Below are positions 18,290 to 26,419 of a stretch of 64,000 nt of DNA, one piece after another. The stretch covers positions 15,348 to 79,347 of the forward strand of contig CAXTSH010000001.1 in the NCBI GenBank assembly GCA_964246925.1, in the 5' to 3' direction. Under the pieces are notes generated by a model. That model ran no database searches and was not told the DNA's origin. It worked only from the letters and a program-made list of their open reading frames with translations. Positions within the stretch are counted from its first letter, which is position 1; the number at the start of each line of letters is the position of its first letter. Source of the DNA: an uncultured Acetobacteraceae bacterium. Lineage in GTDB: Bacteria; Pseudomonadota; Alphaproteobacteria; Acetobacterales; Acetobacteraceae. A program made the position numbers and the translations under genes.

Positions 18290-18805
18290 GTGCCGACGAA
18301 GCTTGCCGAGCACGAAGAGCCATTCGCCGAGGGCGACCACGTCGTCTATCCGACGCACGGCGTCGGCAAGGTGGAGCGGATCGCCAGCGAGGAGATCGCC
18401 GGACACAAGCTCGAGCTGATCCACATCACATTCGACGAGAACCGGATGACGCTGCGCGTCCCGGTCACCAAGGCGCGGAGCGCCGGCCTGCGCAAGCTCG
18501 CCAGCCGCAAGCTGTTCGATGAGGCGATGGCAATCCTGAGGGGCCGAGCACGGGTCAAAAAGACCATGTGGTCGCGGCGGGCGCAGGAATACGAGGCCAA
18601 GATCAACTCGGGCGACCCGCTCGCGATCGCCGAAGTGGTCCGCGACCTGCACCGCAATTCGGGGCAGCCGGATCAGAGCTTTTCGGAGCGTCAGATCTAC
18701 GAGTCCGCCATGGACCGGCTTGCTGCCGAGTTCGGCGCGCTGGAGCGGATCGACAAGGCGGCGGCGGCGCAAAAACTGCAGGACTTCCTCAAGACGATCA
18801 GTTGA
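18290..18805 (+). CDS. carD: CarD family transcriptional regulator
   Basis: GTG 18290 is the proposed start. GDHVVYPTHGVGKVERI...AGHKLELIHI...RMTLRVP is the CarD/TRCF-RID signature. Confidence 0.85.
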   Translation: MPTKLAEHEEPFAEGDHVVYPTHGVGKVERIASEEIAGHKLELIHITFDENRMTLRVPVTKARSAGLRKLASRKLFDEAMAILRGRARVKKTMWSRRAQEYEAKINSGDPLAIAEVVRDLHRNSGQPDQSFSERQIYESAMDRLAAEFGALERIDKAAAAQKLQDFLKTIS

Positions 18806-18955
18806 AGGCGTCGTCTGCCGCTCTGGCCAAACGGACGGGCCGCTCGGCTGAAAGGATAGGTCGTTCGGGCGATCGGACCGGTTTCCTTGACAAGGGAAAG
18901 CTTCCAAACCCTCCGCGGGCCGTCCTGGCGCGACGGACGCACCGGAGATTTGAGC

Positions 18956-19873
18956 ATGAAGGTTGCATTCGCCTACGTCACGGACGAGCAAGGTTTCGAG
19001 CTGACCGCCTATTCCGCTATGTCGGTGGCGCTCTCGCAGCGGTTGGCACCGGACATCGTCGTCTTCTGCCATGAGTGTGCGCCGTCGAGGGCGGCCGTCT
19101 CGGCGTCTTTCGCGGCCAGAGGTGTGCGGCTGGTCTTGCTCCCGATCGGCGACGCCGGTCTCGAAGCTCACGAGACGTGCCTGCACGTGACCAAGCCGAG
19201 CCTGCTCAAGCTGCTCGCCGTCGAGCGCCTGATCGACCAGTATGATCGTGTCGTCTATCTCGACAGCGACATGCTGGTGTTCGACGATCTGGGAGTTGCC
19301 GGATTGGATTTTGCGAGCTCGCCGATCGCCGCCGTTGTCGACATGGACCCCAGCGAGAACGGGGCGCTGCGTCGTGGCTCGGACCGGGCTGTCGGCGAGT
19401 ATTTCAACGCGGGCCTGATGATCTTCGACCGCCGAAACTGGTCCGCCGATGTGATGGCCAGATACGCCGCCGAACTGCATCTGCACGATGTAGACTGCCG
19501 CTACAAGGTTGACTGCACCTCGATCGAGCAGTGCGCGCTGAATGCTGTCTTCGAAGACTGGGCCAAGCTTCCTGTCGACTACAACATGCAAGCGGGCGCC
19601 AAATTCACCAGCTTCTGGTCGCGCGCGCGCGTGAGACACTATTGCGGCTCGCGCAAGTTCATTCCGATCTCACCGTTTCGCAACGACCAGCGTGACGTGC
19701 GCACCCTCAGCGAGATCAGGACGGCCCTTGGCTTGCCCAGGCTGCGCTTTTCCTTGGTCTATGAGTTGCTGTTCCGACTGAACAAGACCCGCAAGGGCCG
19801 AAGCGACCGCCCCATCCGCGAACTCCTGCACTCGTTTTGGATGGGTGGCTCGGCAGTTGATCATCAGTCCTGA
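18956..19873 (+). CDS. Glycosyltransferase family 8 protein
   Basis: Started at ATG 18956 (MKVAFAYVTD). Has the DxD motif YLDSDMLVFDD and YFNAGLMIFD. Confidence 0.75.
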   Translation: MKVAFAYVTDEQGFELTAYSAMSVALSQRLAPDIVVFCHECAPSRAAVSASFAARGVRLVLLPIGDAGLEAHETCLHVTKPSLLKLLAVERLIDQYDRVVYLDSDMLVFDDLGVAGLDFASSPIAAVVDMDPSENGALRRGSDRAVGEYFNAGLMIFDRRNWSADVMARYAAELHLHDVDCRYKVDCTSIEQCALNAVFEDWAKLPVDYNMQAGAKFTSFWSRARVRHYCGSRKFIPISPFRNDQRDVRTLSEIRTALGLPRLRFSLVYELLFRLNKTRKGRSDRPIRELLHSFWMGGSAVDHQS

Positions 19874-19877
19874 AGTT

Positions 19878-20400
19878 CTAGCTAGCAGGCCTCCGCCATC
19901 GAGCCTCGACGCTCCTCGCGGTCCAGTCCGACGGGGACAGAAGATGCCGGCTTGGCGAGCCGTGCCGAAGGTGATCGGCCAGCCGGATGGCCAGGGTCAC
20001 GATGGTGAGCGTCGAGTTTGCTTGTCCGTCGGTCGGGAAGACCAAGCAGCCGCTGACGAACAGGTTGTCGACACCGTGCACTCGGCAGTCGGCGTCGACC
20101 ACTCCGGTGCAACGGCCGCTCGACATCCTGGTCGTGTCGATGGATTGGTAGTTCCGAGCAGTTCGTTGCTTGCGATCGGTTTGTAGCTTGTCAGCCAGGC
20201 GGCTGGCGCGACCTTGCCGAGATTAAGGCGGGCTAGTTCCTCGGCCGGCGCCTCCGCACCCCAGTTGCACCCGAGCTGCAAGGTGATCGTCGACGAAGCC
20301 GCCGCCGGCGCGCTCACGCAATTGGGTGTTCCAGAACGAACCCGAATGGGAACCGTTCCGGTCGTATCATCGGGCATGATAGCGTCGAACTCGTTATCAA
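19878..20400 (-). pseudogene. 5'-truncated, frameshifted remnant of a GMC-family oxidoreductase (C-terminal ~170 codons only)
   Basis: The intact C-terminal signature TTRMSSGRCTGVVDADCRVHGVDNLFVSGCLVFPTDGQANSTLTIVTLAIRLADHL lies in one frame. The upstream piece (...EELARLNLGKVAPAAWLTSYKPIASNELLGTT) lies in another. No N-terminal FAD-binding part is present. The upper boundary is approximate. Confidence 0.6.
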
Positions 20401-20413
20401 GGGGAGGGGCAGG

Positions 20414-20635
20414 TTGCTGACCAGAAGGAGTTTTATGGGCACCGTCGCGATCGTGTTCACTTCGGCGGCGGACGAGATTGCCCAGGCCCAACCGTTCCGG
20501 CCGCCTCCGCCACCGCTTCGCCGCGAGGTGCGGCCGGCCTACCCGCCGGGCCGCTACAGATGGCGCTGGCGCCACGGCAACTGGCGCTGGACCGGCCGTC
20601 GCTGGACCTGGGTTCCCGGTCGCTGGCGTCGATGA
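20414..20635 (+). CDS. Small secreted Pro-rich / Arg-Trp-rich protein (YXWGXW/WXXGXW-repeat-like)
   Basis: 73 aa. Signal-like MLTRRSFMGTVAIVFTSAADEIAQA, then PFRPPPPPLRREVRP and RYRWRWRHGNWRWTGRRWTWVPGRWRR. Confidence 0.55.
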   Translation: MLTRRSFMGTVAIVFTSAADEIAQAQPFRPPPPPLRREVRPAYPPGRYRWRWRHGNWRWTGRRWTWVPGRWRR

Positions 20636-20642
20636 GCGTTGG

Positions 20643-20672
20643 GGTTTCCAAAGGCAGTCGCCCTTGGAAACC
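20643..20672 (+). terminator. Hairpin GGTTTCCAA-N12-TTGGAAACC downstream of the small RW-rich gene
   Basis: Read directly. 9-bp stem, 8 nt after the stop. Confidence 0.4.
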
Positions 20673-20808
20673 ATCACTTATCAATGTGTTGCGGGTCTGG
20701 GGCCGTCGGCCTCAGCGGGTCCAGGGCAGAGCCCTGCTCCTAAATTCGACACTTCCACAGCCTCAAAGACCCCCATGTCAGGTGTTTCGCCTGCGGCGGA
20801 GCGATTGA

Positions 20809-21717
20809 CTAATCGTGAGCGGCGATGAAGTCGCTGACGGTCGCGAGAAAAGCATCCGTCTCCTCGACGTGCGGCATGTGACTTGACTTCTCGAACACCG
20901 TCCATCGCACGTCGGCGATGCGGTCCCGGAACGGTTGCACGACCGCCGGCGTCGCTTCGTCATGCCGTCCTGAGATCAACAACGTCGGCGCCTTGATCCG
21001 GTCGAGACGCTCGATGATCGACCATTGCCTGATGGTGCCGATGCAGTGGAACTCGCTCGGTCCGTTCATCGTGTGGTACACGGTCGGGTCCTGCTCGACG
21101 AAGGCGAAGCTCGCCTCCACCTCCGGCGGCCAGGGTATGCGGCAGAGGTGGCGGTCGTAGAAGACGCGAACCGCCGCCAGATAGTCGGCCTGATGCGTCG
21201 TCCCGGCCGCCTCGTGCCGCAGCAGGGTCGACTGGACGTCGGACGGCAACAGCGCGCGCAGCCTGTTGGCTTCGCGGACCCACAACTCCATCGATGCCGG
21301 CGAATTGGCAATCACCAGGGACCGCAGACCGGCGGGCTGCAGCACGGCATGCTCGGCGGCGAGCATGCCACCCCAGCTTTGACCGAGGAGATGATAGGCT
21401 TCGGTGATCCCGAGATGGCCGAGCAGATTGTAGAGTTCGTCGACGAAAAGCGGAACCTGCCAGAAATCTGCCGGCCGGCCGGGAAGATGCGTCGAGCGCC
21501 CGGCCCCCAACTGGTCGTAGTGGATGATCGCGCGTCCTGTGTCGGCCAGCGCCGTCAGACGCAGCAGGTAATCATGCGAAAAGCCCGGGCCGCCATGGAG
21601 CACGACCAGCGGCGCCTTCATGGCCCCGAGTTCTCCGGTTATCCGATACCAGGTCTGCGACCCACGAAAGTCGGCGGTGCCCAGACGAACGGGTTGGACC
21701 ATCGCCGCCTTCTTCAA
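20809..21717 (-). CDS. Proline iminopeptidase-family alpha/beta hydrolase
   Basis: 302 aa. [15 protein letters not shown], nucleophile elbow GQSWGG, C-terminal SSHMPHVE. Confidence 0.85.
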   Translation of the reverse strand: MKKAAMVQPVRLGTADFRGSQTWYRITGELGAMKAPLVVLHGGPGFSHDYLLRLTALADTGRAIIHYDQLGAGRSTHLPGRPADFWQVPLFVDELYNLLGHLGITEAYHLLGQSWGGMLAAEHAVLQPAGLRSLVIANSPASMELWVREANRLRALLPSDVQSTLLRHEAAGTTHQADYLAAVRVFYDRHLCRIPWPPEVEASFAFVEQDPTVYHTMNGPSEFHCIGTIRQWSIIERLDRIKAPTLLISGRHDEATPAVVQPFRDRIADVRWTVFEKSSHMPHVEETDAFLATVSDFIAAHD

Positions 21718-21809
21718 CTACCTGACCGGCGACAGTACGCGCCGGGAACGATTTTGCAACCGCAAGCGGGACGACGCGTCGCAAGGTCGGGCATCGGCTG
21801 GATTGATCG

Positions 21810-23024
21810 ATGCAGAAACCCGACGATGACGTGACCGCCCACGTCTGCCGCTTCGAGGCCATGCTGGATGGAGCGTTCCGCTCCCACGGCGGCGACGGGC
21901 TGCCCGGGCCACTTCGCGAGGCCGTGCGTGCCACGCCGCGACATCGGTTCGTGCATCGTTTTCGACTCCAGGACGGGCGCCTGCAGGACAACGATGCCGG
22001 CTCCGCCTCGCTTGCCACGATCTACAGCGACGAGGTGCTGGAGCATGTCGGCGCGGCGGGCGAACGCCTGCCTTCGACGAACTCGCAACCCAGCTATGTT
22101 CTGTGGCTGCTGTCTCTGCTTGATCTGCGGCCGGGCCTGAACGTGCTGGAGATCGGCTCCGGGTCAGGATGGCTTGCTGCGATCATGGGCCGTCTGGTCG
22201 GCCCCGCGGGCCGCGTGACCGGCGTGGAGATCATTACGGAACTCGCCGCGCAGAGCCGAGCCGATCTTGCCGCCGTCGGCCTGTCGAACGTCGAGATCCT
22301 GGCGCGGGATGGCGCCCAGAGCGTTCCGGAGGGGGCACCTTTCGGTCGCGTCATGATCACGGCCGGCATCTGGGATTTCCCCGCCTTCCTGTTCGAGACC
22401 ATGGTCGAGGGCGGCCTTGTGCTGGCGCCGATCGAGTTGCGCGGTGGCGATCTCTGCCACGTCGCCGTGCTGCAGCGGGCGGGAGATCGTTTCACGTCCG
22501 AGCGAGGGCTCGCAGGCGCCTTCGTGCCGCTGCTTGGCTCGGGGCAGCGGCGTGGCGTCTGCCGGCGACGATTGGCCGGCGTGGCGTTCTGGCGCGACAT
22601 GGCGGCGGGGCCGATCCGGCGGCGGCCCTTGCCGCCCGGCGCCGACGCCGGCAAGGCCGCTGCGATCGCACGCGACTTTCGCGCGTTCCTCAGCCGGACC
22701 GAGCCGGGCTTCGCGATCTTCGTCGACGCGGCGCGCGGTGGCGGAGGCTTGGCGGAACCGTTCGGAATACTGGACGAGGCGGAGCACTCGGTCGCCCTTT
22801 GGCAGGGGCACGAGATGATCGGTTACGGCAACGGTCACGCCTGGGAGCGCCTTGCCGGCTCCTACGCGGCTTGGACCGCCTGCGGCATGCCTGGTTTGGG
22901 TGCGTTCGGTCTGGAGATCGTCCGCCACGGCACGGCAATCGGATCAGGCCGGCTCTGGGTCGAGCCTCGACACGAGACGGCGCTGCTGTGGCGGCTGCCG
23001 ACCGCTGACACCCCCGCGTCGTAA
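21810..23024 (+). CDS. Protein-L-isoaspartate O-methyltransferase (PIMT) homologue with ~150-aa C-terminal extension
   Basis: 404 aa, against ~210 aa for canonical PIMT. PRHRFV, SAM motif VLEIGSGSGW, VTGVEI, MITAG. The extra C-terminal domain has no motif I recognise. Confidence 0.75.
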   Translation: MQKPDDDVTAHVCRFEAMLDGAFRSHGGDGLPGPLREAVRATPRHRFVHRFRLQDGRLQDNDAGSASLATIYSDEVLEHVGAAGERLPSTNSQPSYVLWLLSLLDLRPGLNVLEIGSGSGWLAAIMGRLVGPAGRVTGVEIITELAAQSRADLAAVGLSNVEILARDGAQSVPEGAPFGRVMITAGIWDFPAFLFETMVEGGLVLAPIELRGGDLCHVAVLQRAGDRFTSERGLAGAFVPLLGSGQRRGVCRRRLAGVAFWRDMAAGPIRRRPLPPGADAGKAAAIARDFRAFLSRTEPGFAIFVDAARGGGGLAEPFGILDEAEHSVALWQGHEMIGYGNGHAWERLAGSYAAWTACGMPGLGAFGLEIVRHGTAIGSGRLWVEPRHETALLWRLPTADTPAS

Positions 23025-23051
23025 TCACACCATGGAGGCGCGACCCCGGCC

Positions 23052-23645
23052 TTACTTCGGCGCGTCGCCCGAGACCACCCATCCGCTGTCGAGCAACACC
23101 AGTTCCGCCTTGTCCTCCGTCTGGTTCACCGTCGACAGTTGCGCGCCGTAGCGTTGCTGGACGGCCGGGTTGGACACCCAGCTCGCCATCCGAGGTGCGA
23201 CCGTAAAGGTCACCTGCGACACCGTCCGCCCATTGTCGGCCGTCGGCGCCGTGAAGCTGTCCACCGCGAGCACGTCGTAGTGACCCGCGCAGAAGCCTCC
23301 CGTGGATGGCTGGAAAACCGATTGACCCGCGCCGGTCAGCGAATACGTTTTGGTCTCGGTCCTGAGCGTGCCGATGCCGAGCGGTCCGGGATGCTCCGCA
23401 CTCGACGCGGACGCGGCCAGCAAGCCGGCGGCGGCGAGCGCGTCGAAGCGGCTCGTGTCGCTCGCGGAATCGACCGAAGCGGGATAGGCAGTCAGACCGA
23501 CGGACGGCGTCACGTAGAGGCAATGACCGGTGAAATGCCGCTTCAGGGCGGCGGCGAAATTGGTCTTGTTGGCGGCATTGGGACTGCCGCAGCCGGCCAG
23601 TGCCGCCAGGGCCAGAGCCGAGGCGTATCTGCTGAAGGAGCGCAT
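23052..23645 (-). CDS. Lipoprotein of unknown function
   Basis: Started at ATG 23645 (MRSFSRYASALALAALAGCGS; lipobox LAGC). Confidence 0.6.
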   Translation of the reverse strand: MRSFSRYASALALAALAGCGSPNAANKTNFAAALKRHFTGHCLYVTPSVGLTAYPASVDSASDTSRFDALAAAGLLAASASSAEHPGPLGIGTLRTETKTYSLTGAGQSVFQPSTGGFCAGHYDVLAVDSFTAPTADNGRTVSQVTFTVAPRMASWVSNPAVQQRYGAQLSTVNQTEDKAELVLLDSGWVVSGDAPK

Positions 23646-23717
23646 TGAGAACTTCTCGATGAACGGCACACGCGAAAAAGCCGGGAAGGCTGCCCTCCCC
23701 GGCTTGGCCGGCACCGA

Positions 23718-24518
23718 TCAGTTGTTGCTGGAGCGTGTCCCGGTCAGCTGCAGCAGCAGCGTGAACAGGTTGATGAAGTTCAGGTAGAGCGCCAACGCAT
23801 CATACACGCTCCGCTTGGCGACCTCGTCAGGACCGGCCGCGTAGAGATATTGCGTGTAGGTGAGCTTGATCCGCTGCACGTCAAAGGCGGTGAGGCCAGT
23901 GAATACCAGCACACCGATGACGCTGACCACGAACTGGACCATCGCGCTGTGCAGGAAGATGTTCACCACCATCGCAACGATGATGCCGATCAGTCCCATG
24001 AACAGGAACGAGCCAAACTTCGTCAGGTCGGTCCGGGTGGTGTAGCCCACCAGACTCATGCCGGCGAAGGTCGCCGCGGTGATGAAGAACACCCGCACGA
24101 TCGAGGTCTGCTCGTAGACGAAGAAGATGTTGGTCAGGCTTGCTCCCATCGCCGCGCAGAACACCCAGAACAGCGTCTGCGCCGCGCTGCGTGAAAGCCG
24201 GTTGATGCCGAAGCTGAGGACCATCACGAAGCCCAGCGGCGCGATCATCGACAGCCAGCCGAGGCCGGTGGGCCGCAGCACGCTGACCGTGTCGCCGAAT
24301 GCGTTCTGCACCGCCACGTTCTGGTAGAAGATATCGCGCAGCCCGGTATGCGAGACACCGTAGGCCACGATTCCGGTGAGCACGAGACCGGAGGTCATCC
24401 AGTTGAACACGCGCAGCATGTGGGCGCGCAGTCCAGCGTCGATGACGGCGACGCCGGCTACCGGTCGTCCGGACCCGGTTCGGAAGTCAGGCGTCCTGAA
24501 GTCGGGAGTTAAGGCCAT
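23718..24518 (-). CDS. Bax inhibitor-1/YccA family membrane protein
   Basis: 266 aa, seven hydrophobic segments. The RAHMLRVFNWMTSGL start and C-terminal LYLNFINLF are typical of the BI-1 family. Confidence 0.85.
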   Translation of the reverse strand: MALTPDFRTPDFRTGSGRPVAGVAVIDAGLRAHMLRVFNWMTSGLVLTGIVAYGVSHTGLRDIFYQNVAVQNAFGDTVSVLRPTGLGWLSMIAPLGFVMVLSFGINRLSRSAAQTLFWVFCAAMGASLTNIFFVYEQTSIVRVFFITAATFAGMSLVGYTTRTDLTKFGSFLFMGLIGIIVAMVVNIFLHSAMVQFVVSVIGVLVFTGLTAFDVQRIKLTYTQYLYAAGPDEVAKRSVYDALALYLNFINLFTLLLQLTGTRSSNN

Positions 24519-24719
24519 GTTGGTGTTTCCTCTGCACGAGCGGGGTAGGCCGCCGGCCAGTGTCTCGACAGCGCAATGTCGGCTATCGCGCCCTTTCGAT
24601 CAAGCGCGCCGGTCACGCCGCCCGGATGTCTGTCGCCGATTTAAGGTGCCGCGCAGCCCCTGCCGGCGCCCCCGCGCCGCATTGACCACCAGGCCGCCCC
24701 CCTTCACGCTGTCGGAGCA

Positions 24720-25253
24720 ATGCGTCTGTTCGTGGCCATCGACCTGCCGTTCGCGCTCCGCGAGGCGCTGTCGCGACTGAGTTTCGGCCTGCACGGCGCC
24801 CGGTGGATTCCACCCGAAAACTATCATCTGACGCTTCGCTTTCTCGGCGAGGTGGCCAACCCGGTGGCTGCGGACGTCGACCACGCGCTCGCCTCGCTCC
24901 GAGCCAGGCGGTTCACTCTCGCACTCAGCGGAACCGGGACCTTCGAGCGCTCCGGCCGCACCGTCTCGCTCTGGGCCGGCATCATCCGCGAGCCGGCACT
25001 TGACCACCTGCAGAGCAAGGTCGATACGGCGCTGCACCGAATTGGGATCACGGGCGAACGCCGTCGCTTTCAGCCGCATGTCGGCCTCGCCCGCGTCGAC
25101 GGCGTCGCCCCCGAACGGCTTGCCGGCTGGGTCCAGGCGCACAACCTGCTGCGAACCGAGCCGGCCCCGATCGAGCACTTCACCCTGTTCAGTTCGCAAC
25201 TCGGCAAGGAACAGGCCGTCTACACGCCGGAGGTGGAGTATGCGCTCGTCTAG
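24720..25253 (+). CDS. thpR: RNA 2',3'-cyclic phosphodiesterase (2H phosphoesterase, ThpR/LigT)
   Basis: 177 aa. MRLFVAIDLP, first HxT motif HLTLRFLG, second H-x-(T/G) motif HVGLAR. Confidence 0.8.
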   Translation: MRLFVAIDLPFALREALSRLSFGLHGARWIPPENYHLTLRFLGEVANPVAADVDHALASLRARRFTLALSGTGTFERSGRTVSLWAGIIREPALDHLQSKVDTALHRIGITGERRRFQPHVGLARVDGVAPERLAGWVQAHNLLRTEPAPIEHFTLFSSQLGKEQAVYTPEVEYALV

Positions 25254-25695
25254 ACCCGCTGGCTGGGCCTTGCTGCTGACGCTGCCCACGGCTCCCGCGC
25301 ATGCTTTGTCGCAGGTTCCGGGCCCGATCGAGATCGGTCCGTCCTGGGGTCAACTCGAGCCCGACCACTCGGCTTCGCTATACACCACCATCGTCAATCA
25401 CGGCGTGTTGGCCGACCGGCTGACCGGCGGCGCCTGCTCGGGCTTCGGCAACGCCACGCTGGCCGGCTTGGACCAGGCAACCCAGGGCGACGCCGCGCAG
25501 GAGAAGGGTGTGCTGGTGGGGCCGGGGGCGACGGCTCGCCTACAGCCCCATTTTGCCCATCTCGCCCTCGCCGACGCCGACCGCGCGACCGACCCCGGCG
25601 CCCTGATCAGCTGCACGCTGTCTTTCGTCCATTCGGGACAGCGCATCGTGATCTTCCGCATGGCGGCACCCGGACCCGCCACGCCGGAACCCTGA
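25240..25695 (+). CDS. Exported protein, PCu(A)C/DUF461-like architecture but lacking the Met-rich Cu(I) motif
   Basis: ATG 25240 overlaps the end of thpR. Signal peptide RPAGWALLLTLPTAPAHA. Its size and pattern (IEIGPSWG...LYTTIVNHG...DRLTGG...PHFAHLAL...TLSF) resemble PCuAC by eye only. Confidence 0.45.
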   Translation: MRSSRPAGWALLLTLPTAPAHALSQVPGPIEIGPSWGQLEPDHSASLYTTIVNHGVLADRLTGGACSGFGNATLAGLDQATQGDAAQEKGVLVGPGATARLQPHFAHLALADADRATDPGALISCTLSFVHSGQRIVIFRMAAPGPATPEP

Positions 25696-25716
25696 CCAAA
25701 GCTGAGCGCAAGCCGG

Positions 25717-26313
25717 GTGTGTGAAGCGGGCGATCTCGCGAGACTGGCAGCCGAAGTCCGGAACTGCCGCCACTGCGCCGAGCATCTTCCGCTCGGGCCG
25801 CGGCCGGTGTTTCACGTCAGCACGACGGCGCGCATCCTGATTGCCAGTCAGGCGCCCGGAACCGCCGTGCATGCCAAGGGGCTGTCGTTCTGGGACGCCT
25901 CGGGCGACCGCCTGCGCTCCTGGCTCGGCATCGATCGGATCACCTTCTACGATGTCAGCCGGATCGCGATCGTGCCGATGGGTCTCTGCTACCCCGGCCG
26001 ACTGCCGCGCGGCGGCGACGCACCGCCGCGCCACGAATGCGCCCCGTTGTGGCGCGCCCGACTGCTCGCCTCCATGCCGTCCATCCGCCTGAGCCTGCTG
26101 GTTGGCACCTACGCGCAGGATCACGCGCTCGGCCCGGGCAGAATGACAGAACGCGTACGCAATTTCCGCAGCTTCGGACCCGGCCGTTTTCCCCTCCCAC
26201 ACCCGTCCTGGCGGACCGCCGAATGGGAGCGGCGCAACCCCTGGTTTGCCGAAGAGGTGATTCCGGCAGTGCGGACGGCGGTATCGAAGGCGTTAGCCGA
26301 TGCGGGCGAATGA
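25717..26313 (+). CDS. Uracil-DNA glycosylase superfamily protein
   Basis: 198 aa. CRHC near the N-terminus, QAPG motif-A-like, HPSWR motif-B-like. Confidence 0.7.
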   Translation: MCEAGDLARLAAEVRNCRHCAEHLPLGPRPVFHVSTTARILIASQAPGTAVHAKGLSFWDASGDRLRSWLGIDRITFYDVSRIAIVPMGLCYPGRLPRGGDAPPRHECAPLWRARLLASMPSIRLSLLVGTYAQDHALGPGRMTERVRNFRSFGPGRFPLPHPSWRTAEWERRNPWFAEEVIPAVRTAVSKALADAGE

Positions 26314-26419
26314 CAAACAATTCCTGCCATCGGCCGGAAGCTGGCGTTGAAAAAGTGATGAGGATGCCGTAAGCGGCACCACATCGCGTTGCAATCTAAA
26401 AAACTGGAGCGGCTGGACC

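Noticed and set aside
18011-19639. 542-aa minus-strand ORF spanning fdxA, carD and the GT8 gene
   Set aside because: It runs antisense across three well-supported + strand genes and has no recognisable domain.
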